Part shown: positions 7,974-17,624 of the stretch, in pieces
How positions within the stretch are numbered: position 1 is the first letter of the stretch
Layout: every line of letters begins with the position of its first letter
Source of the DNA: an uncultured Salinibacterium sp.
Lineage (GTDB): Bacteria; Actinomycetota; Actinomycetes; Actinomycetales; Microbacteriaceae
Length of the DNA stretch: 64,000 nucleotides
Assembly (NCBI GenBank): GCA_964425885.1
Contig: CAYRON010000003.1
Location: 122,567-186,566, forward strand
Reading direction: 5' to 3'
Notes under the pieces: generated by a model
Database searches by the model: none
Seen by the model: the letters and a program-made list of their open reading frames with translations, nothing else
What the model was told of the DNA's origin: nothing
Position numbers and translations under genes: made by a program

Positions 7974-8004
7974 CACGGCGCTCGAAGCCCGACAGGAGGA
8001 TGCG

Positions 8005-8178
8005 ATGAGTCCCGACCGAGGCCGGCCACGAATCGAGCGTGACATCCGAATTGTCTCGAGTCGTCGCGAAGAAGTAGAGGTTCGCCACCTGGCCCGAAAC
8101 TTCATGGCCCTGGCGCGCGCCGAGCAGGCGAACGACACCAAACGGCGAGAGCAGGAGGCCACCGATGAACCGGCCTGA
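8005..8178 (+). CDS. 57-aa hypothetical protein MSPDRGRPRIERDIRIVSSRREEVEVRHLARNFMALA... (below the ORF-track cutoff)
   Basis: AGGAGG RBS, ATG 8005, TGA 8176-8178 overlapping the start of the ATPase gene. Confidence 0.6.
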   Translation: MSPDRGRPRIERDIRIVSSRREEVEVRHLARNFMALARAEQANDTKRREQEATDEPA

Positions 8179-10318
8179 ACACACTTGGTCTGAACTTGCC
8201 TTCACGGCGAGGCCAGACGCCGGTGACGTACAGGCGTTCGTCGAACACCTCGCCGCGAACTCGATGCTCGGTGTCGTCATCTTCGAGGCCCGCGCATCAG
8301 GTGGACGCGTTCGGTACCTGATCGGTTCCGATGCGGACCACCATTCGGCGATCACGCGGCTCGTCTTCCACCATCTACCGGGCTGCGATGTCCTACCGCT
8401 GGGCGAACCGCGCCTGGCACCTGAGGCGGCGCTATCGGTGCAAGCGCCCAGCCGGGGACTGCCGCTTCGCACTGACAACCTCGATGCCGCGACGCTGTCG
8501 ATCCTCAGTGCGTTGGCAGCTGCAACGGGAAGCGAAGAAGTAGTTCTCCAGATCACACTCGGTCGCCGGCTCACCCCGACGCTTGATGAACAGCCAGCGC
8601 CTCGCTACCCAAGTCTGCCGCGCCTACTCGCGGGGTCCCCGGAGCAGATCTCCGCCTCGTCCAAGACCCGCTACCGCGCCAAGCGGGCAGTTCACGGGTT
8701 TGAGGCCGCCGTCCGGCTTGGTGCCCGAGGCGGTAACGAACGGCGCACACACGGCCTCCTACGGGCGCTGCTCGGCGGCCTTCGCACACTCGAGGCGCCC
8801 GGTGTTCGCCTGGCCGCCCGCGACATCGCGCCGCGCCATATCTCCGAACCCTTCGTCGGCAGCAGCCTATTCTCCAAGCCCCTGACGCTGTCGTCGATCG
8901 AAGCGTCATCGCTACTCGGCTGGCCGACCGGGAAGGGGTATCTTCCCGGGCAACCGCCGAAGCACCCGAAGCAGGTAAGTGCCCCGAACGACCTTCGCCG
9001 TGCCCGTCACCCGTTTGCAAGCGCGAAGCAGACCGGTCGAGAGCTACTGGTCGGTCTCGGCCGCGAGGACTCGCTGACCCATGCACTGCTGCTGGGCCGG
9101 ACCGGGTCGGGTAAGAGCGTCCTCATGAGCCACCTCATCCTCGACGCGATCGAGGACGGTCGCAGCGTTCTAGTGATCGACCCGAAGGGCGATCTGATCT
9201 CGCGCGAACTCCTCCCGCGCATTCCAGCCCACCGACGCGACGACGTCGTCGTCGTCGACCCGATGAGCGACCTCCCGGTCGGCATCAACCCGTTCGCTGA
9301 ACCCGGCTCCGCCGAGCTCATCGCCGACGGATTGCTGGCGGTCTTCAAGACTGTCTACGCCGACTCGTGGGGACCACGCCTCGAAGACATCCTTAGTTCA
9401 GCCCTGCTGACACTTGCACGCACTCGTGGCTCAACGTTGGCGATGCTGCCAGCCCTGCTCACGGACGTGAGCGTTCGCCGCCGTCTGACGAAGAACCTCC
9501 GCGATCCGGTCGGGCTCGAACCCTTCTGGAAGAGCTACGAGGCGATGAGTCCAGAGCAGCGCGCGCAGGTCATCGCGCCTGTCTTGAACAAGCTCCGCCC
9601 CTACCTGCTGCGCTCCAGCCTGCGCCGAACACTGGGACAAGCCGAGCCGAAGTTCTCGCTCTCGGAACTGTTCAGCAAGCGACGCATCGTGCTGGTCAAC
9701 CTCAACAAAGGGCTGCTCGGAGCCGAAGGCTCGCGGCTGCTCGGCTCACTCGTTGTCAGTCAGCTCTGGCCGCTCATCCTGGCCCGTGCCAGCGTCTCGC
9801 CAGAGAAGCGCCACACGGTCAACGTGTTCATCGACGAGGTCCAGGACTATCTGGCGCTCCCGACCGACCTGGCCGATGCCTTCGCCCAGGCACGCGGCCT
9901 CGGTGTCGGTTTCACGGTTGCTCACCAGTACCGCCGCCAGCTTCCGGCCGCACTGCTCGCCGGCCTCGACTCCAATGCTCGATCCGTGATCACCTTCGGA
10001 CTCGATCACGACGATGCCGCAGCCCTCGCCAAGCGCGCACCGGACCTCGAAGCGGAAGACTTCATGGCGCTCGGTCGTCACGAGATCTACCTCAACCTGA
10101 TGCACCAAGGCCAAGCCACCGGCTGGTTCTCAGCACGCACCATCGCGCCGAGCAGCCCAACGACAGACGCAGCCACTCTGCTGCGTTCCAGCCTGGAGCG
10201 CTACGGGCGCGCGGCCACGGACGTTGACCGCGAGATCGAGCGGGCAATTGGGATCGGCGAGGACATCGTTGCGTCCGACGAGCCGATCGGACGCCGACCA
10301 AAGGGAGGCATGACGTGA
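8165..10318 (+). CDS. VirD4/TraD-like coupling ATPase
   Basis: Walker A GRTGSGKS, IDPKGD, Walker B FIDEVQ, AQARGLG, AHQY. Confidence 0.88.
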   Translation: MNRPEHTWSELAFTARPDAGDVQAFVEHLAANSMLGVVIFEARASGGRVRYLIGSDADHHSAITRLVFHHLPGCDVLPLGEPRLAPEAALSVQAPSRGLPLRTDNLDAATLSILSALAAATGSEEVVLQITLGRRLTPTLDEQPAPRYPSLPRLLAGSPEQISASSKTRYRAKRAVHGFEAAVRLGARGGNERRTHGLLRALLGGLRTLEAPGVRLAARDIAPRHISEPFVGSSLFSKPLTLSSIEASSLLGWPTGKGYLPGQPPKHPKQVSAPNDLRRARHPFASAKQTGRELLVGLGREDSLTHALLLGRTGSGKSVLMSHLILDAIEDGRSVLVIDPKGDLISRELLPRIPAHRRDDVVVVDPMSDLPVGINPFAEPGSAELIADGLLAVFKTVYADSWGPRLEDILSSALLTLARTRGSTLAMLPALLTDVSVRRRLTKNLRDPVGLEPFWKSYEAMSPEQRAQVIAPVLNKLRPYLLRSSLRRTLGQAEPKFSLSELFSKRRIVLVNLNKGLLGAEGSRLLGSLVVSQLWPLILARASVSPEKRHTVNVFIDEVQDYLALPTDLADAFAQARGLGVGFTVAHQYRRQLPAALLAGLDSNARSVITFGLDHDDAAALAKRAPDLEAEDFMALGRHEIYLNLMHQGQATGWFSARTIAPSSPTTDAATLLRSSLERYGRAATDVDREIERAIGIGEDIVASDEPIGRRPKGGMT

Positions 10319-10475
10319 TGCGCCCTTACGAACGCCGTCACACCGGGCGTCACACCGCTGCATCGAACACGTCGCGCATGCCCCGTGTTTCCAGCCAACA
10401 GGGGCCATCCGTGGATATGACTCCACCACTTTCCGAGTGGTGTTCCACACCTTCCAGCCGGTGGAGGACACTGCC

Positions 10476-11339
10476 ATGAACGATGGACCGATCATCGGTG
10501 CAGACAGACTGCAGAGAATTTCCGATCAGCTCACGCCCATCGATCACGCTGTGCTCACACGGCTGCAAGAACATCCGTACCTGCAGACGGCGCAGATAGC
10601 TCGCTTCGAGTTTGGTGGACGCGTCAGCCCGCTCGCAGGGCTCCGAGCTGCACATCGTGTGCTCAAGAAGCTCCGACTCCTTGGACTCGTCGTCATGATG
10701 GAGCGCACCATCGGCGGGCCTGCGCGGGGATCGACTGCCGCGGTCTGGACGATCACGAATACTGGCCTTCGCGCTGCTTCGCTCCACACGGGCGAAGGCG
10801 ATGACCCCAGGCGACGCCTCACCGACCCGACCCTGATCTTCCTACGCCACCAAGTCGCCGTGGCAGACGTCCACCTAGCCCTCCTGGAAGCCGCAGGAAC
10901 TCACGCCGCATCGCTTCGCGCGCTACAGCTAGAGCCCAAATGTTGGCGGCGTTACCTCAGCCCCCTCGGCGCGATGACGACGCTAAAGCCGGATCTCGCC
11001 GTCGACATCGACACCGCCAACTTCGTGTCCCGGTACTTCTTCGAAGTCGACAGAGCGACCGAAGCACCGACGCGCATCGTGGCGAAGTGTCTCCAATACC
11101 AGGAGTATTACCGGTCCGGCGAAGAGGAACGACGAGGTGGAGTTCTCCCCCTCGTCGTCTGGGTCGTGCCGACCGAACGTCGTCGCGACCAACTGATGAA
11201 GCACCTTACGACTCGAGTTGGCATCAACCCTCGGCTCTACCGAGTCCTCCTACTTGACGAGATTTCTGCACTGGTCGCAGAGGACGACGAGGTAGGGCGA
11301 TTGCCCGAGAACGTGAGCGAGCAGGGAGGTGAATCATGA
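10476..11339 (+). CDS. Replication-relaxation (Replic_Relax) family protein
   Basis: N-terminal wHTH-like region, H(Q)VAVAD, KPD, FFEVDRATE, K..QY; GGAGG RBS before ATG 10476. Confidence 0.85.
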   Translation: MNDGPIIGADRLQRISDQLTPIDHAVLTRLQEHPYLQTAQIARFEFGGRVSPLAGLRAAHRVLKKLRLLGLVVMMERTIGGPARGSTAAVWTITNTGLRAASLHTGEGDDPRRRLTDPTLIFLRHQVAVADVHLALLEAAGTHAASLRALQLEPKCWRRYLSPLGAMTTLKPDLAVDIDTANFVSRYFFEVDRATEAPTRIVAKCLQYQEYYRSGEEERRGGVLPLVVWVVPTERRRDQLMKHLTTRVGINPRLYRVLLLDEISALVAEDDEVGRLPENVSEQGGES

Positions 11340-13453
11340 CGCCTGAGCCCCAAGAACGTAGCGAAAACTACAACATGACGCCGCCCCAAGGGGAATGGCC
11401 CGAAGTTCCCCCGGAACTCAATGAGGGACTGGACTTCCTTGCCGAAGAGAGGGTTAATCCGGAGGACGTAACCGGAGGAACCCCCAAGATGAGCAATCTC
11501 GAATCAAGACTCAAGACACCCGCCCCGAGCCCGTCAATCGCCGACCTCGGTACAGAGGCGGAGACGGTGACGCTCACGTCCCCCGAAGGGCTCGAGCACC
11601 TGTTCTCCCCTGCGCGGCAATCGCGTGCCAATCCTTTGCTGGCAAGGGCGAGCGAAGCCGTCGTCTATCTGCGCGTTTCGACACCGCGGCAACTACACAC
11701 CGCCGCTGACCTCGATGAAGACGGAAACTCGATCGCCACCCAGCGTGTTGAGGCACTTCGAAAGACGCGCGAACTGCGCGCAACGGTTGTGCGCGAGTTC
11801 GTCGAGCCCGGTCAGTCCGCGCAGACCATCACCAAACGCCCCGAGTTCAAGAAGCTTCTGCGGTACCTCGACGACCATCCCAATGTCGACTACGTCGTCA
11901 TCTACATGCGCTCCCGTGTCTTTCGGAACTTCACGGATGCTGCAATCACGAAGCGACAGCTACTCGAGAAGGGGGTTCGTCTGATCTCCGCCAAGGAGGA
12001 GTTCGGCGAAGGCTATATGGCCGACGCAATGGAGGCCATCACCGACGTGATGAATGAGGTCCAGGTTCGCATGAACGGGGAGGACGTCAAGGTCAAGATG
12101 GCCCACAAGGTCGAACAGGGCGGCAGTGTCGGTCGCGCCAAGCTCGGCTACCTGAACGTGCGCAAGGACTACGGCGGGCGACTCGTCAACACCATCGACG
12201 TGGACGAGTCACGCGCACCGCTCGTCGCATGGGGATTTGAACAGTACGCGACAGGTCAGTACTCCATCAGCCAACTTCGTGCCCTCTTGGAAGAGCAGGG
12301 GCTGACTACTCGCGCTTCGCCCTCCCACCCCGAACGCCCCATCAGCAACAGCCGCCTGGCCGGCATACTCCGAGATCCCTACTACACGGGCGTCATCCGA
12401 TACCGCGGCACATTGCATGCCGGACGACACCAGCCGCTGATCTCCAAGGAGACCTTCCTACAGGTCCAAGAGATCCTCGATCGACGCAACCGGCTCGGCG
12501 ATCGCGACATCATTCACTTCCACTACCTGAAAGGGATGCTGCTCTGTGGCGCCTGCCACGATGAGGGACGCGTAAGCCGCTTGATCTACAGCCAGAACAC
12601 CGGAAATGGCGGAACCTACGAGTACTTCATCTGCACGGCGAAGCAACGGGGTTTGTGCTCGATGCCCGCAGTACGCGTCGACCAGATCGAGGCGAAGCTT
12701 GCGGCAGTCGTTGAGGCTGAGCAAGTAGAGGCCGAATCGATTGACGCGATCCGCGGCCTCATTACGGCAACAATCGATGACATGCTGCTCGCTGATCGTG
12801 AGCTCAAGAGTCAGCTGCGTCGACAACTCAAGAAGCTCGAAGCCCAGGAAGAAAGACTTCTCGACCTCGCTGCAGACGCGACGATGCCAATCGCAAAGGT
12901 GCGGGCGAAGCTCCAGGAAACCACCTTGAAGAAGGCTGCTGTGAGTGAGCAACTCCAGACCACCGAGGATCGTCTCAAGTACGGCTCCGAGAAGGCACTG
13001 GCGTACATCGACCTACTCCGAGAGCCTGGCCGTCTCTACCGCCAGTCGCCCGACACCGCGCGACGAGACCTTCTAGCCGCGCTGTTCAGTGAACTGCTCG
13101 TGTACGTCGATGAGTGCGAGCTCACAACGAGCGGCGAGCGGACTCGCGCGAACAGCATGGTGCGCGACATCCGTGATCACCACGTCGACGGCGAGCAGGC
13201 GCAAAGCAAAGCTAACAACGAAAACCCCCGTGTTCAGACGGGGGTTTCGACTTCCGAGAGGTCCGGCTCTAGTTCGCTTGTGCGCGGTTTGAGTAAGACC
13301 TATCTGGCTGGGGTACCTGGACTCGAACCAAGAACAAAAGAATCAGAATCTTCCGTGTTGCCAATTACACCATACCCCAATGGAAGCATTTTCAGCTTCG
13401 CATGCTCAGCGAACGCGAAGCGATGCTTCGCGCCAGCCGACTGTCTACTTTAG
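11336..13453 (+). CDS. Large serine recombinase (integrase)
   Basis: VYLRVST catalytic Ser, recombinase domain, zinc ribbon C..C...YFIC...C, coiled coil. Start is uncertain; the 3' end crosses the tRNA. Confidence 0.92.
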   Translation: MTPEPQERSENYNMTPPQGEWPEVPPELNEGLDFLAEERVNPEDVTGGTPKMSNLESRLKTPAPSPSIADLGTEAETVTLTSPEGLEHLFSPARQSRANPLLARASEAVVYLRVSTPRQLHTAADLDEDGNSIATQRVEALRKTRELRATVVREFVEPGQSAQTITKRPEFKKLLRYLDDHPNVDYVVIYMRSRVFRNFTDAAITKRQLLEKGVRLISAKEEFGEGYMADAMEAITDVMNEVQVRMNGEDVKVKMAHKVEQGGSVGRAKLGYLNVRKDYGGRLVNTIDVDESRAPLVAWGFEQYATGQYSISQLRALLEEQGLTTRASPSHPERPISNSRLAGILRDPYYTGVIRYRGTLHAGRHQPLISKETFLQVQEILDRRNRLGDRDIIHFHYLKGMLLCGACHDEGRVSRLIYSQNTGNGGTYEYFICTAKQRGLCSMPAVRVDQIEAKLAAVVEAEQVEAESIDAIRGLITATIDDMLLADRELKSQLRRQLKKLEAQEERLLDLAADATMPIAKVRAKLQETTLKKAAVSEQLQTTEDRLKYGSEKALAYIDLLREPGRLYRQSPDTARRDLLAALFSELLVYVDECELTTSGERTRANSMVRDIRDHHVDGEQAQSKANNENPRVQTGVSTSERSGSSSLVRGLSKTYLAGVPGLEPRTKESESSVLPITPYPNGSIFSFACSANAKRCFAPADCLL
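13219..13249 (-). terminator. Intrinsic terminator downstream of tRNA-Gln, inside the integrase ORF
   Basis: aaacccccg / cgggggttt stem; T-rich tail on the minus strand. Confidence 0.65.
13305..13379 (-). tRNA. tRNA-Gln (anticodon CTG), encoded CCA
   Basis: TGGGGTATGGTGTAATTGGCAACACGGAAGATTCTGATTCTTTTGTTCTTGGTTCGAGTCCAGGTACCCCAGCCA folds as a cloverleaf. Confidence 0.97.
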
Positions 13454-13482
13454 CGTATCCCGAGGGGTCTCGTCACACCGGC

Positions 13483-14958
13483 TCAGAGCGCGGCGCGGAG
13501 CTTCTCGATACGGCGGATCGTGGACTCGCGGCCGAGCAGTTCCATCGACTCGAACAGCGGTGGGCTGATGCGCCGACCCGAGATCGCTGAACGCAACGGT
13601 CCAAACGCGAGCCGCGGCTTGAGGCCCATCGTGTCGATCAGCTCCGTGCGAAGCACCTGCTCGATCTCCACGTGTCCGAACGTCAGGATGCCCGGCAGCA
13701 CGCGCAGGGCAGCATCCAGCACAGCTGCGCCGTCCGCCCCTGGCAGGGCGTCCGCCTCGACGACGAGCTCGTCGTCCGGCGTGAAGAGGAACCCCAGCAG
13801 GCCGGGGGCCTCGCCGAGGAGCTGCATGCGCTCCTGAACGAGAGGGGTGGCATCCCGGAGCAGCTGGCGGTCAGCATCGCTGTTGATGAGCCCGGGCATG
13901 TAGGCCTCGAGGCGCGACGCGAGGTCGTCGACCGACAACAGGCGGATGTGGTCGCCGTTGATCGACTCCGCCTTCTTGAGGTCGAAGCGCGCCGGGTTCG
14001 GGTTGACGTTCTCGACATCGAACGCAGCGATGAGGTCATCCACGGAGAAGACGTCCTGATCGGCCGAGAACGACCAGCCGAGAAGCGAGAGGTAGTTAAC
14101 GAGCCCCTCGGGGATGAAACCGCGCTCGCGGTGGTGGAACAGGCTCGACTCCGGGTCACGCTTGGAGAGCTTCTTGTTGCCCTCCCCCATCACGTACGGC
14201 AGGTGACCGAAGCGCGGGATGAATGTGGTGACTCCCACCTCGACGAGCGCCGTGTACAGGGCGATCTGGCGAGGGGTGGACGACAGGAGGTCCTCGCCAC
14301 GGAGCACATGCGTGATGCCCATGAGCGCGTCATCCACGGGGTTGACGAACGTGTAGAGCGGCGCACCGTTCGGGCGCACGACCACGAAGTCGGTGAACGA
14401 TCCAGCGGGGAAGGTGATCTCGCCACGCACGAGGTCGTCGAAGCTGAGATCGGTGTCGGGCACGCGGAGGCGAAGAGCCGGCTGACGACCCTCGGCCTTG
14501 AAAGCCTCGCGCTGGGCGTCAGTGAGGTCACGCTCGAAGTTGTCGTAGCCCTGCTTGGGGTCGCGACCGGCGGCGACGTTGCGCGCCTCCATCTCCTCTG
14601 GCGTGACGAACGACTCGTAGAGGTGACCGGATGCCTTGAGCTTCTCGATCATCTCGAGGTAGATCTCGGTGCGCTGCGACTGGCGGTAGGGCGCCTGCGG
14701 GCCGCCGACGTCGACTCCCTCGTCCCAGTCGAGCCCGAGCCAGCGCATGGCATCGAGAAGCTGGAGGTAACTCTCCTCGCTGTCGCGCGCGGCATCCGTG
14801 TCCTCGATGCGGAAGATCAGCTTTCCGCCGGTGTGGCGCGCGTAGGCCCAGTTGAAGAGCGCAGTTCGCACGAGACCGACGTGCGGCGTGCCGGTGGGAG
14901 AGGGGCAGAAGCGGACGCGAACGTCGGCTCCGGTGGCGGTGGAGAAGGCTGCAGACAT
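13483..14958 (-). CDS. gltX: Glutamate--tRNA ligase
   Basis: [25 protein letters not shown]. Confidence 0.97.
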   Translation of the reverse strand: MSAAFSTATGADVRVRFCPSPTGTPHVGLVRTALFNWAYARHTGGKLIFRIEDTDAARDSEESYLQLLDAMRWLGLDWDEGVDVGGPQAPYRQSQRTEIYLEMIEKLKASGHLYESFVTPEEMEARNVAAGRDPKQGYDNFERDLTDAQREAFKAEGRQPALRLRVPDTDLSFDDLVRGEITFPAGSFTDFVVVRPNGAPLYTFVNPVDDALMGITHVLRGEDLLSSTPRQIALYTALVEVGVTTFIPRFGHLPYVMGEGNKKLSKRDPESSLFHHRERGFIPEGLVNYLSLLGWSFSADQDVFSVDDLIAAFDVENVNPNPARFDLKKAESINGDHIRLLSVDDLASRLEAYMPGLINSDADRQLLRDATPLVQERMQLLGEAPGLLGFLFTPDDELVVEADALPGADGAAVLDAALRVLPGILTFGHVEIEQVLRTELIDTMGLKPRLAFGPLRSAISGRRISPPLFESMELLGRESTIRRIEKLRAAL

Positions 14959-14986
14959 CAGGGGTGAGTCTATCGGTTGCGCTTCA

Positions 14987-15005
14987 AACCTAATTGCTTT
15001 AGGTT
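14987..15005. promoter_or_regulatory. Palindromic operator candidate for the adjacent TetR
   Basis: Perfect 7-5-7 inverted repeat AACCTAA-ttgct-TTAGGTT just upstream of tetR. Confidence 0.6.
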
Positions 15006-15031
15006 AACGCCAAAGCACATTAGGAACGCAC

Positions 15032-15628
15032 ATGCCCCGCTCAGGAATCACGCCCGACCGCGTCACCGCTGTCGGCGCCGAACTTGCCGATGAGATCGGT
15101 TTCGACCACGTGACCGTGGCCGAGGTCGCCCGGCGACTCGGCGTGCGCACGGCGAGCCTGTACTCCCACGTCGCGAGCACGGGGGACCTGAGCCAGCGCA
15201 TCAGCCTCCTGGCGCTTGAGGAGCTGGCCGACAGGGCGACGGATGCCACCGCCGGCAAGTCTCGAGCCCGGGCGATCGCCGCTCTCGCCGATGCCTATCG
15301 CGGCTATGCGCGCGAGCATCCTGGCCGGTTCGCGGCGACGCTCGTGACCTTGGACGCCGCTACCGCCGCCAGGAGCGCTGGACCGCGCCATGCCCGGCTC
15401 ATGGACGCCATCCTCGATGGCTACGACCTGGAGCCCTCCGTTCGGGTACACGCGACTCGACTCATCGGCAGCACGGTGCGGGGATTCATCACCCTCGAGC
15501 AGGGTGGCGGTTTCGCCCACAGCTCCCCCGATGCCGGAACGAGCTGGAGCGAGATCCTCCGCGCCCTCGACGCCCTTATCCAGAGCTGGCCCACCACAGA
15601 CACCAGGAATGCGCACGACGATGACTGA
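15032..15628 (+). CDS. TetR/AcrR family regulator
   Basis: HTH VTVAEVARRLGVRTASLYSHV. Confidence 0.92.
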   Translation: MPRSGITPDRVTAVGAELADEIGFDHVTVAEVARRLGVRTASLYSHVASTGDLSQRISLLALEELADRATDATAGKSRARAIAALADAYRGYAREHPGRFAATLVTLDAATAARSAGPRHARLMDAILDGYDLEPSVRVHATRLIGSTVRGFITLEQGGGFAHSSPDAGTSWSEILRALDALIQSWPTTDTRNAHDDD

Positions 15629-16784
15629 ACTCCAGACGATCGACTTGACCGATGACCTCTTCCGCGGTGTTCTCGAGCTCGAACGGACCGAAGACGGGGT
15701 GCTGCCCCACCGCCTCCCCGGGTGGGCCAGGGCGCAGGCGGCCGACCCGCAGATCCTGAAGGCGGAGTCGCAGCCCTCCGGCGTTCGCCTGGCATTTCGA
15801 ACCTCGGCGACCGCGATTGAACTGGAGACATTCCGGTCGATCGTGAACTTCGGCGGAGTGCCACCGCGACCGACCGGTGTCATCCAGCTCGTCGTCGATG
15901 GCGTTACTACAGGAGAGGATGCAACATCCGGCGGAGCGTCGACCGTGATCGACCTCTCCACGGGAGTGCCCACCACGACCGTGGGGCCCACCCACACGAC
16001 CCGGTTCGACGGCCTGGCCCCCGAGCCGAAGCACGTCGAGATCTGGCTTCCCCACAACGAGACGATCGAGGTGCGAGGACTTCGCGCGGACGCTCCGATC
16101 GAGGCCGCCGCTCCGACCGGTCGCACGTGGTTGCATCACGGCAGTTCGATCAGTCACGGCTCGAACGCCACGCATCCGCTCGGAACCTGGCCGGCCGTAG
16201 CGAGCCGCCTCGCGGGAGTGGAACTGCTCAACCTCGGATTCGGCGGGAGCGCCCTGCTCGACCAGTTCACCGCTCGCACCATCCGAGACACCCCAGCCGA
16301 CGCCATCAGTCTCAAGCTCGGCATCAACCTGCTGAACACCGACCTGATGCGCCTGCGTGCGTTCGGCCCGGCAGTGCACGGGTTCTTGGACACCATCAGG
16401 GACGGGCATCCCACCACCCCGCTCCTCGTCATCTCGCCGATCTTTTGCGCGATCCACGAGGACACCCCCGGGCCCGGAGCGATCGACCCCGACGCGCTTC
16501 GCCAGGGCGAACTGCGGTACATCTCCACGGGCGATCCCGCCGAGGTGACGGCCGGCAAACTGACCCTCACCGTGATCCGGCGCGAGCTCAAGCGGATCGT
16601 CGAACAGCGCAGGGAAGAGGACCCGAACCTCTACTACCTCGACGGGCTCGAGCTGTATGGAGAGTCGGATGCCGTGACCCACCCGCTTCCCGACGCGCTG
16701 CACCCCGACGCTGACACGCAGCGGACGATCGGCGAGCGCTTTGCGGGGCTCGCGTTCGGTATAGGTGGTGCATTCGGAGCGTGA
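15621..16784 (+). CDS. SGNH/GDSL family lipase/esterase
   Basis: HHGSSISHG, NLGFGG, KLGIN, DALHP. Confidence 0.85.
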   Translation: MTELQTIDLTDDLFRGVLELERTEDGVLPHRLPGWARAQAADPQILKAESQPSGVRLAFRTSATAIELETFRSIVNFGGVPPRPTGVIQLVVDGVTTGEDATSGGASTVIDLSTGVPTTTVGPTHTTRFDGLAPEPKHVEIWLPHNETIEVRGLRADAPIEAAAPTGRTWLHHGSSISHGSNATHPLGTWPAVASRLAGVELLNLGFGGSALLDQFTARTIRDTPADAISLKLGINLLNTDLMRLRAFGPAVHGFLDTIRDGHPTTPLLVISPIFCAIHEDTPGPGAIDPDALRQGELRYISTGDPAEVTAGKLTLTVIRRELKRIVEQRREEDPNLYYLDGLELYGESDAVTHPLPDALHPDADTQRTIGERFAGLAFGIGGAFGA

Positions 16785-16816
16785 CGTTTATTCAGGTGTC
16801 GATAGCATGAAGGACT

Positions 16817-17605
16817 ATGGGACTTCGGATGTTCGTGACCGCAACGCTGCTCTGCGTTGGACTCGCTGCGTGCACTGCCGCTCCTGCCACTCTGCCGCCG
16901 ACTCCCGTGTTCGAGCCGCGCGTTGCCACTCCCTCCGACACTGGTGGCCAGCTTGCCGGCACGTGGACAATCACCGATCCCCACGATGGGATGAGCGCGT
17001 CCATCGTCTTGAACGAGAGCGGCATGTGGGACGCGAAGTACGACTGTGGCGAAATCAGCGGGCAGTGGGCGTCTCTGGGTGGCGCATTCCTTGCTACGAA
17101 GTGGGGCGGGAGCATGGGCTGCTTCGATGGCATCGACCCACAACCATCGCTCACGTGGGTGGAAAAGGCGGTGCGCGCAGTTCCGTCCGACACCGGGTGG
17201 ACTTTGACGGATGAGGCAGGGAACCTAGCCGGGTCGCTCACGAACGGCACCGTGCAGTCGCCATCGTCCGCGGTCATCCAGCCGTTGCCACAAGGCTTCA
17301 CCATCGGCAGCGCCGAGGGCCGATGGGTCCCGGTCGTCGACAAGCCCGGCGACTCCTTCGTTGAATTCAGCACGGGAGCGTGGCACTCCTCAGACGGTTG
17401 CAACGGCAACAGTGGCAGGTGGGTCGACCTCGGCGGCGGCTACGTTCTCGCGACACCGTCATCGATCTCGAGCCAGATCGGCTGTGAGAATGTGCCCGTT
17501 GCGGAATGGGTTGGCGCAGCCCGCACTGCCGGGTTCGACGGCGAAACCCTCGTGCTCTTCGACGCAGCGGGAGAAGAACTCGGCCATCTGACGCCAGCGC
17601 GGTGA
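16817..17605 (+). CDS. Lipoprotein with two META-like domains
   Basis: Lipobox LAAC; two repeats of (D)GCN/DCG..G.W...S.(M/I)GC. Confidence 0.7.
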   Translation: MGLRMFVTATLLCVGLAACTAAPATLPPTPVFEPRVATPSDTGGQLAGTWTITDPHDGMSASIVLNESGMWDAKYDCGEISGQWASLGGAFLATKWGGSMGCFDGIDPQPSLTWVEKAVRAVPSDTGWTLTDEAGNLAGSLTNGTVQSPSSAVIQPLPQGFTIGSAEGRWVPVVDKPGDSFVEFSTGAWHSSDGCNGNSGRWVDLGGGYVLATPSSISSQIGCENVPVAEWVGAARTAGFDGETLVLFDAAGEELGHLTPAR

Positions 17606-17624
17606 CGCTGCGCCTCGCCCGCGG

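Larger units (their letters stand above)
1..13304. mobile_element. Integrative (probably mobilizable) element inserted at the 3' end of tRNA-Gln; left end lies outside the window
   Basis: Large serine recombinase abuts and overlaps the tRNA 3' end. VirD4-like ATPase, Replic_Relax protein, MT-A70 methylase, RHH and DUF3846 genes are present. Core gene gltX resumes on the other side of the tRNA. Confidence 0.85.

Noticed and set aside
1-13304. Prophage interpretation
   Set aside because: No terminase, capsid, portal or lysis genes in view; coupling ATPase and relaxase-like genes point to a mobilizable element.
13383-13429. Imperfect inverted repeat upstream of tRNA-Gln as a separate ncRNA or T-box
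   Set aside because: Short, no T-box motif; more likely a gltX terminator or tRNA leader structure.
13672-14967. Long ORFs antisense to real genes (also 4519..5274, 20215..21729, 25048..26856, 36313..37773, 47933..49879, 49338..50891, 55069..57276)
   Set aside because: Shadow frames typical of high-GC DNA; the opposite strand carries genes with clear family motifs.
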